64,000 nt of DNA from Candidatus Marinacidobacterium sp. Lineage in GTDB: Bacteria > Acidobacteriota > Vicinamibacteria > Marinacidobacterales > Marinacidobacteraceae. This document shows positions 1 through 11,100 of the stretch, piece by piece (within the stretch, counting starts at the first letter, position 1; each line of letters begins with the position of its first letter). The notes below the pieces were generated by a model. That model saw nothing but the letters and a program-made list of their open reading frames with translations. It did not search any database and was not told the DNA's origin. The DNA lies in assembly GCA_965204755.1 (NCBI GenBank), contig OZ242011.1, forward strand, positions 3,911,859-3,975,858, written 5' to 3'. The translations under genes and the position numbers were made by a program.

Positions 1-1134
1 CCGGGCGGCGGCGATCACGGTGAGGGCCGCCCGGACCGGGCGGAAAGCGTCGAGGTCGGTGACTTCGATGGCGAGCCCTTCGAGGCGTTCCCCCGGAAAG
101 CGGGGCCGGGGCGCGGCGGGAAGCGGCCGCGGGGTGAAACGCGCCGGCGTGATCTCGAGCCCCGGAATGCCGGAAGGGCCGCCGAGCGCGGCGAGCCATC
201 GCCCCGAGTCCATCCCCGGCCCGCCGACCTGCTCGAAGGGGGACTCCGTCCCCCGCCCTTCGGAGAGGGAGACGCCCTCGAACAGGCCGAACCCGGCATA
301 GACGACCGCCGTGTGGAGCCGGGGGATGTTGGGAGAAGGCGGCCTCCAGGGGAGCCCGGTCGAGGCCCAGTCGCCGTCCGCGCGCCAGCCGGCCACCGGG
401 ACGACCTCCACCGAGCCGCCGGCGCGGGCCGCGAAGAGCCGGGCGAGTTCCCCGACGGTCATCCCGTGGAGCAGCGGCAGCCGGTCGGTTCCCACGAACG
501 AGCGGAACTCGAGGTCGAGCATCGGGCCTTCCACCCGGTCCCCCCGGTTCGGGTTCGGCCGGTCGAGCACCCAGTACTCGAGCCCGGCGGCGAGCGCCGC
601 TTCGAGGGACAGCCGCAGGGTGGAGATGTAGGTGTAGAAGCGGACGCCGATGTCCTGGATGTCGAAGACCAGGGCGTCCAGTCCGGCGAGGTCCTCCGGC
701 CGCGGGGCGCGGGCCTCGCCGTAGAGGCTGGCGACCGGCAGCCCGGTCTCCGGATCGGCCTGGTCGGAGACGGCCTCGCCGGCGGCTGCCGAGCCGGCGG
801 GGCCGTGCTCCGGCGCGAACAGCACCCGGACCTCCACGCCGGCGTCGAGGAGGACGCGCGCCGCCGGCGCCCCTTCGCGGGTCCTGCCGGTGTGGTTCGT
901 GATCAGGCCGACGCGCTTACCGGCGAGTCCGCCCGGGCCCTCGCGGGCGATCCGGTCCAAGCCGGGGAGGACCGCGTCCGGCCGAAGATCGTCCCCGAGC
1001 CCGGAATCGGGCGAGTTGGATTCGCCACCGCCGGCGCAGGCCGCCGCGGCCAGGAAGAGCCCCGCCGCCGCGAGCCCGGCGCCCGCCGCGCGCGGCGGGG
1101 CGAAGGGGGAAACGGGCGAGGGCCGGGGCCTCAG
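1..1134 (-). CDS. Exo-beta-N-acetylmuramidase NamZ / DUF1343 family lipoprotein (runs off window start; start codon uncertain)
   Basis: Manual minus-strand translation gives LITNHTG, LFAPEHG, SLYG, FDIQDIGVRFYTYISTL and SEGRGTESPFE, typical of DUF1343. N-terminal lipobox LAAAC. Missing from the ORF track because it has no stop in the window. Confidence 0.85.
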   Translation of the reverse strand, partial: MRPRPSPVSPFAPPRAAGAGLAAAGLFLAAAACAGGGESNSPDSGLGDDLRPDAVLPGLDRIAREGPGGLAGKRVGLITNHTGRTREGAPAARVLLDAGVEVRVLFAPEHGPAGSAAAGEAVSDQADPETGLPVASLYGEARAPRPEDLAGLDALVFDIQDIGVRFYTYISTLRLSLEAALAAGLEYWVLDRPNPNRGDRVEGPMLDLEFRSFVGTDRLPLLHGMTVGELARLFAARAGGSVEVVPVAGWRADGDWASTGLPWRPPSPNIPRLHTAVVYAGFGLFEGVSLSEGRGTESPFEQVGGPGMDSGRWLAALGGPSGIPGLEITPARFTPRPLPAAPRPRFPGERLEGLAIEVTDLDAFRPVRAALTVIAAAR

Positions 1135-2195
1135 ACGGGAACGACCCAGCCGTAGGGGTCGGGGCTCCGTCCGAGGCGGATGTCGGTGAGGCGGCGCTTC
1201 AACTCCGTCTGCACCGGCTGCTCCTCCGGCAGGGTGATGTCCACCTCGCCGCCGACGAGACTCGCCACCGGCGTCACCACCGCCGCGGTCCCGACCCCGA
1301 AGCACTCGCGCAGCCGGCCGGCCCCGTCCGCCTCGACGATTTCCTCGATGGAGACGCGCCTCTCCTCGACCTCGATCCCCATCTGCTCCCCGAGCAGGCG
1401 GACGGCGCTGTCCCGGGTGATCCCGGCCAGTATCGTGCCGGTCAGGGCCGGCGTGACCACGCGGTCGCCGATGAGGAACATCATGTTCATCGTGCCGCAT
1501 TCCTCGACGAACCGGTGCTCGCGGGAGTCGAGCCAGAGCACATTGTCACAGCCCGCCGCCCGGGCCTCGGCCATCCCGTAGTAGCCCGCCGAGTAGTTGC
1601 CGGCGGCCTTCGCGGCGCCGATCCCCCCTTCGGCGGCGCGGATCCACTTCCGGGTCACATAGAGGCGCACCGAACCGGAGTAGTAGGCGCCCACCGGGGC
1701 GGTCATCACCAGGAAGTCGTACCCCTCCGAGGGGCGCACGCCGATCTCGAGGTCGGAAGCGAACTGGAAGGGCCGGATGTAGAGCGAGCCGTGTTCGTTC
1801 GGGGGGATCCAGTCCCGGTCGAGCCGCACCAGTTCGCGGATGCCCTCCACGAACAGGTCCTCGGGGACCGGGGTCATCACCATTCGCTCGGCCGACCGGG
1901 TCATCCGGAGCCAGTTGTCGCGGGGCCGGAAGAGCACCGGCGTCCCGTCGTCGGTCCGGTGGGCCTTCATCCCCTCGAAGATGGCCTGGGCGTAGTGGAG
2001 CACCGCGGTCGCCGGGTGGAGCGAGAGGTCGCCGAAGGGGACGACCTCCCCCTCGCCCCACTCGCCGCCGCGGGCCCGGGCGCGGAACAGGTGGTCGCTG
2101 TAGATGGCCCCGAAGACCATGTTGGCGAAATCCACCTGCGGGAGCCGGGACTCTTCGACCCGGCGGACGGGAAAGACGGGGGCTCGGACGGTCAT
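1131..2195 (-). CDS. ilvE: Branched-chain amino acid aminotransferase
   Basis: LHYAQAIFEGMKA, SLYIRPF, AKAAGNY (PLP lysine), EECGTMN, ILAGITRDS, GTAAVVTPV. Confidence 0.95.
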   Translation of the reverse strand: MTVRAPVFPVRRVEESRLPQVDFANMVFGAIYSDHLFRARARGGEWGEGEVVPFGDLSLHPATAVLHYAQAIFEGMKAHRTDDGTPVLFRPRDNWLRMTRSAERMVMTPVPEDLFVEGIRELVRLDRDWIPPNEHGSLYIRPFQFASDLEIGVRPSEGYDFLVMTAPVGAYYSGSVRLYVTRKWIRAAEGGIGAAKAAGNYSAGYYGMAEARAAGCDNVLWLDSREHRFVEECGTMNMMFLIGDRVVTPALTGTILAGITRDSAVRLLGEQMGIEVEERRVSIEEIVEADGAGRLRECFGVGTAAVVTPVASLVGGEVDITLPEEQPVQTELKRRLTDIRLGRSPDPYGWVVPV

Positions 2196-3535
2196 CGCTC
2201 GGGAGGTCGGGTCCCGCCCGGTCGTTCGGCGGGCGGCCCGGAAATGCTATCCCCGCGGCGGAGGAAGAGAACCGCCGCCCAGGAAGCGGCGCCCACGGCC
2301 GCCAGCGGCCACAGCAGCCAGCCCCAACCCGGCGGGGCGCCGCCGGCGAGGATCCATTCCCGGTGGAGGTCGGAGACCCGCGGCGGGACCAGGTGCCACG
2401 CCGCGTGGCCGGCGGCGACGGAGAGGACCGCGTTCACCGCGAACCGGCCCCGGTCGCTCCCGCCGAGCAGGTGGAGCAGGGGCAGGACGGCGAGCACCAC
2501 GGCCGCCTGTCCCGCCTCCACTCCCAGGTTGAAGGAAAAGAGCGCCGCCGGGAGGTGCCCGCCGGCGAACACCAGCGATTCCCCGAGGGCGAACGCGAAC
2601 CCGAAGCCGTGGAACAGGCCGAACCCGAAGGCGAGCGCGGCCCGGCGGCGAACCCCGGTGGAGACCAGGTTCTCCGCCGCGGTGTAGAGGATGGAAAGCG
2701 CGACCATCGCCTCCACCAGCGGCGGGAACCAGGCCGACGAAGGGGAGTAACCGAGCGCGGCGGAGACGAGCGTGATCGAGTGCGCGACGGTGAACCCGGT
2801 CACGATCAGGAGGAGCGGCCGCAGGTGGGCGAGCCGCCCGTAGGGGGCGATCAGGGCCAGGAGGAACAGCAGGTGGTCCCAGCCGGTGAGGATGTGCTCC
2901 ACCCCGGAGCGGAAGAAGACCCGGGCCGCCTGCATCCGCGAGGGGTCGAGGGGCACCCGCCCTTCCCGGCCGCTGATGTGGAAGAGGTCGCCCTCGAATT
3001 CCCCGGTCTCCGGGTCGCGCTCCTCGAACACCACATCGAGCGCCACCCGGTCGCCGAAGCCCGGCGCCACGCCGCACTCGATGGCCACGCTGCCGGCGGC
3101 GGGCGCGGGATAGGTGAGGTGGAGGTCGAGGTAGCCCTGGTTCCAGAACACCTGGGTGTCCGCCGGGAGCGGGGGCGAGCGGATCGTCTCCAGGGCGGCG
3201 TCGAGCGAGGTGAACGACCGGTCCCACGGCAAGGCCACCCGAACCGCCCGGAGCGTGGGCGGCAGCAGCGCATCGTCGGCGTCGAAGAGCGGCGCCTCCC
3301 GGGCGAAGGCTTCCCCGGCCTCCCGGAGCACCGGCGCGGCGCGTTCCAGGTCGAGGTAGCCGGCGCCCCACTTGGGGACATTCAGCGACAGGAGCAGCAG
3401 GAGCGGCACCCGCGCGGCCAGGTGGATCTCGCCGTCCATCTCCCGGACGAACACCGGGATCCGGACCTCGTCGGGGATGTCGTGCCCGCCGGCCGCTCCG
3501 GGGAGAACGGCGGCCAGGACCGAGAGGGCCAGCAC
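2192..3535 (-). CDS. HupE/UreJ family membrane protein with an N-terminal exported domain (start uncertain; ORF is open to 3763)
   Basis: GVEHILTGWDHLLFLLAL, TGFTVAHSITL, FGLFHGFGFA, LFSFNLGVEAGQ. Confidence 0.85.
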   Translation of the reverse strand: MLALSVLAAVLPGAAGGHDIPDEVRIPVFVREMDGEIHLAARVPLLLLLSLNVPKWGAGYLDLERAAPVLREAGEAFAREAPLFDADDALLPPTLRAVRVALPWDRSFTSLDAALETIRSPPLPADTQVFWNQGYLDLHLTYPAPAAGSVAIECGVAPGFGDRVALDVVFEERDPETGEFEGDLFHISGREGRVPLDPSRMQAARVFFRSGVEHILTGWDHLLFLLALIAPYGRLAHLRPLLLIVTGFTVAHSITLVSAALGYSPSSAWFPPLVEAMVALSILYTAAENLVSTGVRRRAALAFGFGLFHGFGFAFALGESLVFAGGHLPAALFSFNLGVEAGQAAVVLAVLPLLHLLGGSDRGRFAVNAVLSVAAGHAAWHLVPPRVSDLHREWILAGGAPPGWGWLLWPLAAVGAASWAAVLFLRRGDSISGPPAERPGGTRPPER

Positions 3536-3662
3536 CGACGCGCCGGCCCGGCGCTTCGCCGGCCGGGAGCGGTCGGCGGCGCGGCGGCGGGGCTCATCCC
3601 CCGGGCCATCCGTTCCGCCCGGCGGCCGGGCCGGGCCCCCGCCGGAGCCCGGCCCCCCGGTA

Positions 3663-4913
3663 TCAGTGCTGGTGCGCGGGGCTGCCGTGGTCGTGTCCGT
3701 CGTGCATGTGGCCCTCGTGGCCGGCGCCGACTTCGCCCGGATGGTCCGCCGGGCCGTGGTCACCCATGAGGAACTTCTGGGCGCGCCTTCCCTGGCTCAC
3801 TTCCGCGGTGTAGAGGTTGCCGTAGGAGTCCATGGCCAAGTTGTGCACCCAGTGGAACTGTCCCGCGTTCCGCCCCCTTCGCCCGAAGTGGTGCAGCACC
3901 GACATCGCTTCCCGGTCGATGATCTGGATCCGCTGGTTCGTCCCGTCGGCGTTGTAGAGGCGCGACTGCGCCTCGTCGCGGGAGAGTTCGAGGTCCCAGG
4001 TGGAGCCGTTCCCGAGGGTGTTGCCTTCGACGATCAACTCGTCCACGAACCCGCCTTCCTTGGTGAACCACTGGATCCGGTTGTTCACCCGGTCGGCCAC
4101 ATAGACCATGCCGTCCTCGGCGATCCGCACCGCGTGCACCGGCGTGCGGAACTGGGAGATCGGGTCTTCCCCGGGCATGAAGGCGCCGGTGTCCTCGTCG
4201 GAGGGCTCGTTCCCGTAAGCGCCCCAGTGCCGGATGTATTCCCCGGTCTCCGCGTCGAAGACGGCGATCCGCTTGTTCAGGTAGCCGTCCGCGATGTAGA
4301 GGTGGTTCGTCTCCGGGTCCACTTCCATGTCCGCCGGCTGCCCCAGGAACTCGGTGCTGTTGCTTCCCTCGGTGCGCCCGGCCTCTCCGATCTGCATCAG
4401 GAAAGTGCCGTCCATCGAGAACTTGAGCACCTGGTGGTCGTCCGGGCCGTTCCCGGCGATCCAGACATTGTCCAGGTGGTCCACGAAGATGCCGTGCTCG
4501 CTCTCCGGCCACTCGTACCCCTCGCCCTGGTAACCGTTCGCGTCGCCCCAACTGTCGAGCAGGTGGCCCTCGGTGTCGAACTTGAGCACCGGCGGGGCCG
4601 GGTTGCAGCAGACGGAGACGGGCGGATCCTGCGCCAGCCCGGTTTCGTCCGGGTTCAGGCTCCGCGGGCGGTGGATGAGCCAGATGTAGTCGTGGGAGTC
4701 CACGGCGATCCCGGCGACTTCGCCGATCAGCCAGTCGTCGGGAATCTGCGGCCAGCGGGGGTCCGCCACCGGGTCTTCGCCGGGGCCGGGGCCGGCGTGG
4801 GCGTCCCCGTCCGCCATCTCGGAACGCGGCGGCTGGCACCCGGCGAGGGCCAGGAGCAGCGCGGCGAGTCCGGCGAGCGCGAGCCCGAACGAACGCGGTC
4901 TGAGATCGGTCAT
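3663..4913 (-). CDS. NHL-repeat beta-propeller lipoprotein (peptidyl-alpha-hydroxyglycine lyase-like) with His-rich C-terminal tail
   Basis: Lipobox LAGC; NHL repeats YIADGYLNKRI, YVADRVNNRIQ, GQFHWVHNLAMDSYGNLY; tail HEGHMHDGHDHGSPAHQH. Confidence 0.85.
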   Translation of the reverse strand: MTDLRPRSFGLALAGLAALLLALAGCQPPRSEMADGDAHAGPGPGEDPVADPRWPQIPDDWLIGEVAGIAVDSHDYIWLIHRPRSLNPDETGLAQDPPVSVCCNPAPPVLKFDTEGHLLDSWGDANGYQGEGYEWPESEHGIFVDHLDNVWIAGNGPDDHQVLKFSMDGTFLMQIGEAGRTEGSNSTEFLGQPADMEVDPETNHLYIADGYLNKRIAVFDAETGEYIRHWGAYGNEPSDEDTGAFMPGEDPISQFRTPVHAVRIAEDGMVYVADRVNNRIQWFTKEGGFVDELIVEGNTLGNGSTWDLELSRDEAQSRLYNADGTNQRIQIIDREAMSVLHHFGRRGRNAGQFHWVHNLAMDSYGNLYTAEVSQGRRAQKFLMGDHGPADHPGEVGAGHEGHMHDGHDHGSPAHQH

Positions 4914-5001
4914 GGTCTCCTCCTGGGGCCCCGGTCGGGGGGCCGGCGTTCCGCCCGCGGCGGGCGGGGAATTCGCGGAGTGTACGGGATTCGGGCGGGG
5001 T

Positions 5002-8000
5002 TCAGCGGGGCGCCGGGGCCGCGTCCGGCTCGAGGGCGCGGACGACCGCGTCGTGGAACGCCGGGCGGAGCCGGGTGATGCCCGCGTTGTCCCGGGTGGG
5101 ATGCACCCGGTTCGTCAGGAGGACGGCGAAGAGTTCGCGCTCCGGGTCGATCCAGAGCGAAGTGCCGGTGAATCCGGTGTGGCCGAACGAGGCGGCGGAG
5201 AACAGGTCCCCCGCCGACGAAGAACCGCCGCCGGCCGGTCGGGAGGGCGTGTCCCAGCCGAGCGCGCGGCTGCTCCCCGGCGCCCGCTCGGCCCGGCGGG
5301 TGAAACGGGCGATGGTTTCCGCGCGGAGGAGCCGCTCGCCGTTCATGGCGCCCCCGTTCAGGAGCATCTGCGCGAAGACGCCGAGGTCCTGCGCCGTTCC
5401 GAACAGTCCGGCATGGGCCGCGACTTCGCCGAGGACGACGGTGTTCTCGTCGTGGACCTGCCCCCGGACCACGCGTCCGCGCCAGGGGTTGTCCTCGGTG
5501 GGGGCGATCCGGTCGAGCGTTTCCGGGGCCGGGCGGTATCCGGTGTCCCCCATGCCGAGCGGCCCCGCGATCCGGGATTCGAACAGGGCGTCGAGGCGTT
5601 CGCCGGAGACGCGCTCGAGGATCTCGCCCAGCAGCAGGATGCCGTTGTCCGAGTACACCGTGTCCGTTCGGGGTTCGTAGTCCGAAGCGGCGCCGAGGAT
5701 CCGTTCGAAGACGCGCCGCCGGGCCTCCGCCTCCGGGAGCCCCCGCGCCTCGGGGTCGAATTCCAGGTAGAACTGGATCCAGGCGGGAAGCCCGGAACTG
5801 TGGGCCAACAGGTCCGCGACCTCGACCGTTCGGCGGCGTTCGCGCTCTTCCGCGGACGGGGCGCGGTCGAGGAATTCCGGGAGGTAGGCGCTCACCGGGA
5901 AGGAGAGGTCGAGCCGCCCCTCCTCGACGAGAAGCATCGCCAGCGTGGTCGTCCCCACGACCTTGGTGAGGGACGCCAGGTCATAGACGGTCTCCCCGGT
6001 CGCCGGCGGGGAGTCGGGGTCGTAGGTGAAGCGGCCGAACCCCTCGCGCAGGACGACGCCGCCGCGGCGGGCGACGAGGACGCTGGCGCCGGGGGTGACG
6101 CCGTCGGCGATGGCCTCCCGAACGACGGAGCGGATGCTTTCGATGCCCTCTCGGCTCATGCCGACCTCCTCCGGTTCCACCGGGGCCAGGGACTGACGGC
6201 GCGCCGTTCGGGGATTGCCCGCGCCGACCGCTTCGCCGGCGAGCGGAATCGGGAGCCGTCCGTCGAACGGCGCCTCCCCGAAGAGCGCCGCCGCCGCGGC
6301 GGCCTGGCTCTCGCGCCCGCCGTCCCAGGCGAGCGCCACCGCGGCCTCCGGCGGGAGGTCTTCCACGCCGTGGGGGTTGCCGAAGGAGACCGCCGCCAGT
6401 TTCTCCGCGAACGGGACGAGCGTGTCGCGGAGTTCCACCGGGAGGCGGAGACCGTCCCGGCGGAAGTCCGCGAGCACCACCAGGTCCGCCCCGGAGGCGC
6501 CGTCGCGGAACCGGGCGAGCGGGAGCGCGCCGTGACGCGCCGCCGGGAGGCGTCCGGCGAGGGCGCCCCGGCGGCGGAGTTCTTCCCGGAAATGGCGCCG
6601 ATCGGGCTCGTAGGGGCCCTCGCGGTGGAGTTCCACCAGGAAGAGCGACGGGGTCTCGGTCCGCCCCTCCCCGGTGATCCGGGTGGAGAGGGGCAAGAAG
6701 CCGCCCTCGTCCCGCAGGAGGGTCAGCCCCCGGCGGAACCGGCTCTCCGCGAACTCCCGCGCCGCCGGGGCGCCGAACGCCGCGGCGAGGCGCTCCGGCG
6801 GGGCGCGGTCGCGGAAGAGCCCGAGTTCCACCTTCGCGGCGAGCACGCGGAGGACGGCGCGGTCGAGCGCCTCGACCGGTAGCCGGCCGCTCTCCGCGGC
6901 GCGGACCAGGGACTGGTGGGTGACCACCGGATCCTCCGGGGCGAGCAACAGGTCCACCCCGGCGGCGACGGCGAGGACGGCTACTTCCCCGTCGAACCTC
7001 CCGGCCCGGACGCCTTCCATTTCGAGGGCGTCGCTCACCACCAGCCCCCGGAACCCGAGTTCCCCGCGGAGGACGCCCTCCAGGATCTCCGGCGAGAGGG
7101 AGGCCGGCCGGTCGCGGCGGCCGTCGAGCGCCGGCGCCGCCAGGTGTCCCGGCATGACCGCGGCGATTCCCGCGGAGGCGGACTGCCGGAAGGGGAACAG
7201 GTCCACCTCGTCGAGGCGTTCCCGGTCGGCCGGGACGAGCGCCAGCCGGTGGTGGCTGTCCGTCTCGGTGCCGCCGTGCCCGGGAAAGTGCTTGGCCGTG
7301 GCGAGGGCGCCGCCGGCGGCGATGCCGCGGGCGAACGCTCCGCCGAGGAGGGCCACGATCTCCGGGTCCGCGCCGAAGGAGCGGGTCCCGATGACCCGGC
7401 TCTCTGAACTGGTGAGGACATCGAGTACCGGGGCGAGCACCAGGTGGACGCCGACCGCCCGCGCCTCGCGGCCCACGATCTCCCCCTGGCGGAAGAGGGC
7501 TTCCGGGTCGGGCGCGGCGCCGGCCTGCATGGCCGGCGGGAAGCGGACGCCGCCGGCGGTCCGCATCGCGCTGCCCCACTCGTAGTCGGCAGCCACCAGG
7601 ACCGGGAGCGGGGAGGCGCCCTGGAGGGCGGAGGAGAGGTTTCGAGTGGCCTCCGGGGTACCCGCGAACACCACCGCCCCGCCGATGCGCCCCGCCTCGG
7701 CGAGCGCGAGCAGTTGGCGGAGGGTCGGATCGGCCTCGTTCAGGAAGACCGCCGGCGCCCGCGGGAGGATGATCTGCCCGGCCTTCTCCGCGAGGTCGAG
7801 GCCGGAGAGGACTTCCTCGGCGGCCCGGCGGGCAGCCTCGTCGGTCTGTCGCGCCGGCGTCGTCCCCGTCCCCCGGCGGGTCGCCGCCCCTTCCGCGAGA
7901 ACGGGCCCCGGGAGCAGGACCAACGGCAGGAGCGCTTTCGCGAGCGCGCCGGCCCAGCCCCTCCCGAACCCTCCGCCCCGGCGGGACTCCGCCCGGAAGG

Positions 8001-8073
8001 ACGCCGCCTCCGCTCGCCGGACCGCCACCGTGGCGCCGGATGGTAGCCGGGAAGGGGCGCGGCCGACCGACAT
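5002..8073 (-). CDS. GH3 beta-N-acetylglucosaminidase fused to a beta-lactamase-family serine hydrolase (NagZ-AmiE-like)
   Basis: GH3 motifs ADYEWG, RSFGADP, KHFPGHG, VSDALEM; C-terminal YDLASLTK (SxxK), LLAHSSGL, YSDNG, FGHTGFTG. Start placed at ATG 8073 inside the 2188-aa ORF. Confidence 0.9.
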   Translation of the reverse strand: MSVGRAPSRLPSGATVAVRRAEAASFRAESRRGGGFGRGWAGALAKALLPLVLLPGPVLAEGAATRRGTGTTPARQTDEAARRAAEEVLSGLDLAEKAGQIILPRAPAVFLNEADPTLRQLLALAEAGRIGGAVVFAGTPEATRNLSSALQGASPLPVLVAADYEWGSAMRTAGGVRFPPAMQAGAAPDPEALFRQGEIVGREARAVGVHLVLAPVLDVLTSSESRVIGTRSFGADPEIVALLGGAFARGIAAGGALATAKHFPGHGGTETDSHHRLALVPADRERLDEVDLFPFRQSASAGIAAVMPGHLAAPALDGRRDRPASLSPEILEGVLRGELGFRGLVVSDALEMEGVRAGRFDGEVAVLAVAAGVDLLLAPEDPVVTHQSLVRAAESGRLPVEALDRAVLRVLAAKVELGLFRDRAPPERLAAAFGAPAAREFAESRFRRGLTLLRDEGGFLPLSTRITGEGRTETPSLFLVELHREGPYEPDRRHFREELRRRGALAGRLPAARHGALPLARFRDGASGADLVVLADFRRDGLRLPVELRDTLVPFAEKLAAVSFGNPHGVEDLPPEAAVALAWDGGRESQAAAAAALFGEAPFDGRLPIPLAGEAVGAGNPRTARRQSLAPVEPEEVGMSREGIESIRSVVREAIADGVTPGASVLVARRGGVVLREGFGRFTYDPDSPPATGETVYDLASLTKVVGTTTLAMLLVEEGRLDLSFPVSAYLPEFLDRAPSAEERERRRTVEVADLLAHSSGLPAWIQFYLEFDPEARGLPEAEARRRVFERILGAASDYEPRTDTVYSDNGILLLGEILERVSGERLDALFESRIAGPLGMGDTGYRPAPETLDRIAPTEDNPWRGRVVRGQVHDENTVVLGEVAAHAGLFGTAQDLGVFAQMLLNGGAMNGERLLRAETIARFTRRAERAPGSSRALGWDTPSRPAGGGSSSAGDLFSAASFGHTGFTGTSLWIDPERELFAVLLTNRVHPTRDNAGITRLRPAFHDAVVRALEPDAAPAPR

Positions 8074-8133
8074 CGCAGGTCGTGGCCGGGGGCGACCGAA
8101 TTCGTCCACCGGCCTCCCTATCATCCGCCGCTC

Positions 8134-11100
8134 ATGACGAAAGCAGACGCCGAGCCCGCCAGCGAGCCGACGCGGGCCGGCGCCCCGATCGAGATCCGCC
8201 GGTTCGAGGACTGGGCGGACATCCGGCGGTTCGCGCGGACCGAAGCCGCGCAGGCTTCGGCAGACCGGAAGGCGTGCCTGGTCGCGCCCTCGGAGGGCGC
8301 CGTTCGGGTCCTCGAGAACCTCCTGCGCTCGGCGCTCGACCCCGGGGAAAGCGACGCGGCCGTTCTTCCCGAGGTCGTCACCGCCTCGCGAGCGCTCGCC
8401 GACCTCGCCGGGGACCTGCCCGAAGGGCGCGCCGCGGCGAGCCGGCTGGCCCGCGAAACCGTGCTGGAGGAAGCCCTCGCGGCCGAAGCCGAGGCGCCCG
8501 ACGCCCCGCCGGGAGAGGCCGGGCCGCTCACCGAGCCGCTGCTCGCGTTCCTCGACGAGCAGGCGGCGGACGGCGCGGCGGCCTCCGGGAAGATGGACGA
8601 GACGGCGTTCGAGGCATTCTGCGACCGGATCGGCGCGGAGTTCGGCGAAGCGGCGGAGACCGACGAAGGCGCCGCGCGGCTCGCGTCGCTCGCGAAGTGG
8701 CTCCGACGGGTGCACCGCCGGTATCGAGGAGGACTCGGTGATCTCCTCGACCCGGACGGTCTTCGCCGGGCGTTGCTCCGCGCCGCGCTCACCGGAGGCT
8801 TCCGGCAGCGGCGCTGGGCGCGAGTGGCGGCGTTCGGCGAGGACGCCCTGTCCCCGGCGGACTGCGAGGTGTTCGCCGCCCTGGGCGCTCCCGAAGGAGT
8901 CGCGTGGGCCCTGCCGGCCGCCGCGCCCCTGCCGCCCCTCCCGGCCGGCGTCGAGTTCCGCGAAGTCGCGCCGCGGCGGGAAGTCGGCGGCGCCGCCCTT
9001 TCCGGCGCCGAAGGCGGGAAGCGGAGCAGGCCGCCCGCCGCAGGGCAGCACGAGAACCCGGAAGCCGCGAAACCGGAGGGGCGGTCCGGCGCCCCCCCGA
9101 GCCTGTTCGCCGCGCCTCCCGAAGACCCGGTCCCGGAGGCTCGCCCGCCGGCGGCAGACCCCCTTTCCGTGTTCGTTCCCCCACCGGGCGCCGACGGGAG
9201 TCGGGGTCGCGGTGAGACCGGGGGGATGCGGCCGTTCGTGGAGACGGACCGGGACGACGAAGCGAGGCTCGCGGCGCGCCTGTTCGCGGCCTTCCGCGAC
9301 GGGACCCCGGGGAACTTCCGCGGATTCGACCGCTGCGCCGTGGTCATGCAGCAGCCGGCGTCGTATCTCGGGGCCGTCGAGACCGCGTTCTCCCGGGCGG
9401 GGATTCCGTTCCGCACGCCGGAGCGTCCCCCGCTGACCGCGGAACCGGGCGCCGCCGGGCTCGGGGCGCTGCTCGACTTCGCGGAGAAACCGGAGTTCCT
9501 GCCCCACGGGCTGACGCTGCTGCGGGACCCCTTCCTCCGGGCGGAGGGACTCTCCCGCCCTCCGGCGCGGGCCGCCGACCTGGCGGAGCGGGCGCTCGCC
9601 CGGTGGAATGTCCGGGCGACCCTCCGGGGCGACGGCGACCCGGCCGCCGGGATGCGGCCCCTGGCCGTCCGCTTCCGGGAAGCCGCCGCGCGGTTCGGGA
9701 GCCGGGCGGAGGCGGATTCCGGGAACGGGATTTCCGCCCGAAAACGACAGGAAGCCCGCGAGGACGCCGCCGCGGCGGAGGTCCTCGAGGTCTTCTCCCG
9801 GTGGAGCGAGGACCTGGCGGCCTTCCGCTCGCGGGAAGCCGGGCTCGAATCGGCCGCGGCCGCGCTCCTCGACTTCGACCGCGCCCATTTCCGGCGCGGC
9901 CGGCGCGCGTTCGGTCCCGGAGGTCCGGAGGAGTCGGGCGCCGTGTCCGATGCCGTGACCGATGCCGTGTCGGGCGCGCTCGAACAGGCCCGCGACGCGG
10001 CCGCCGGCATCCGGACGGGGGAGGACCCCGGCGGAGTCGCCGCGCGCCTGAGGCGGTTGTTCCTCCGCCGCCGCGCGCCGCGCCGGGCCCCGGACGCCGG
10101 CGTCCACCTCCTCTCCGCCGCCGACGCCGTCTTCGGCGACTACGACTTCGTCGTCCTGCTCGGCCTGGGAGACGCCGACTGGCCCGGCCCCCGGCCGACG
10201 AACATCTTCTTCCCCCCCTCGGCGCTCGAGGCCGCGACCCGGGCGCGGCACGCCGACCGCCGCCGGGCGGAAGTCCGCCTGCTCAAGACCCTGGCGGCAC
10301 TGCCGGCGCAGGCCTTCGCCTTCTCCCGCCCCGCCCAGGAGGACGGGTTCCCGGCGGGCCGCTCCGCGCTGGAAGTGGAACTCACGGAGGAACTCGAGCG
10401 GATCGGCGCGCGGCCTCTTCCCCTGCCCGCCTCCGCGGCGACGGACGCCGACCCGGCGCCGGTCGGCCGCGGGCCCCGGCCGGCCGACCCGGCGCCGCCC
10501 CTGCCCCGGTTCCTCGACCGGCGCGCGCCGTCCGCCCGGGTGCTGGAGCGACCGCTCTCGCCGACGGCGCTCGACCGCTACGCGGAGAGCCCCGCGGAGT
10601 TCTTCGCCCGCAATGTCCTGTACCTGGACGAGGAACCGGAACTCTCCGACATCGCCCCGCCGACCGAGCGGGGTCTCCTGCTCCACGAAGTCCTGGAGCG
10701 GGGCGTCCCCCGCCTGCCTCCCCTCGGCGGACGGACCCCGACCGGGGAGGATCTCGACCGCGCGCTGGACATCCTCGGGGACTGCCTGTCGGAGGCGGCC
10801 CGGGAGATGGGGCTCGACGAGACGGCGCGGCAGACCGAGGCGATGTGGCTCTTCGGGAACGAAGCGGAACCGGGGGCGCTCGAGTGGTTCCTCCTGGAGG
10901 ACTGGGGACGCGGCCCCGCCGAGCCTCGGGACTTCGAACTGCGCCTCAAGGGCGAAGTGGAGCCGGGGACGGCCTCCGCGCCCCCGCTCGTCGTCAGCGG
11001 CCGGGCCGACCGGGTGGACACCCTCGCCGACGGACGACTCCGGGTCCTGGAATACAAGTCGGGCCGCCTCTACCGAAAGCCCCTCCAGGCCCGGCTCTAC

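Noticed and set aside
1120-1140. CTG start codon for the NamZ-like gene overlapping the ilvE stop
   Set aside because: Plausible, since no nearby in-frame ATG was seen, but it cannot be told apart from another start or an indel error.
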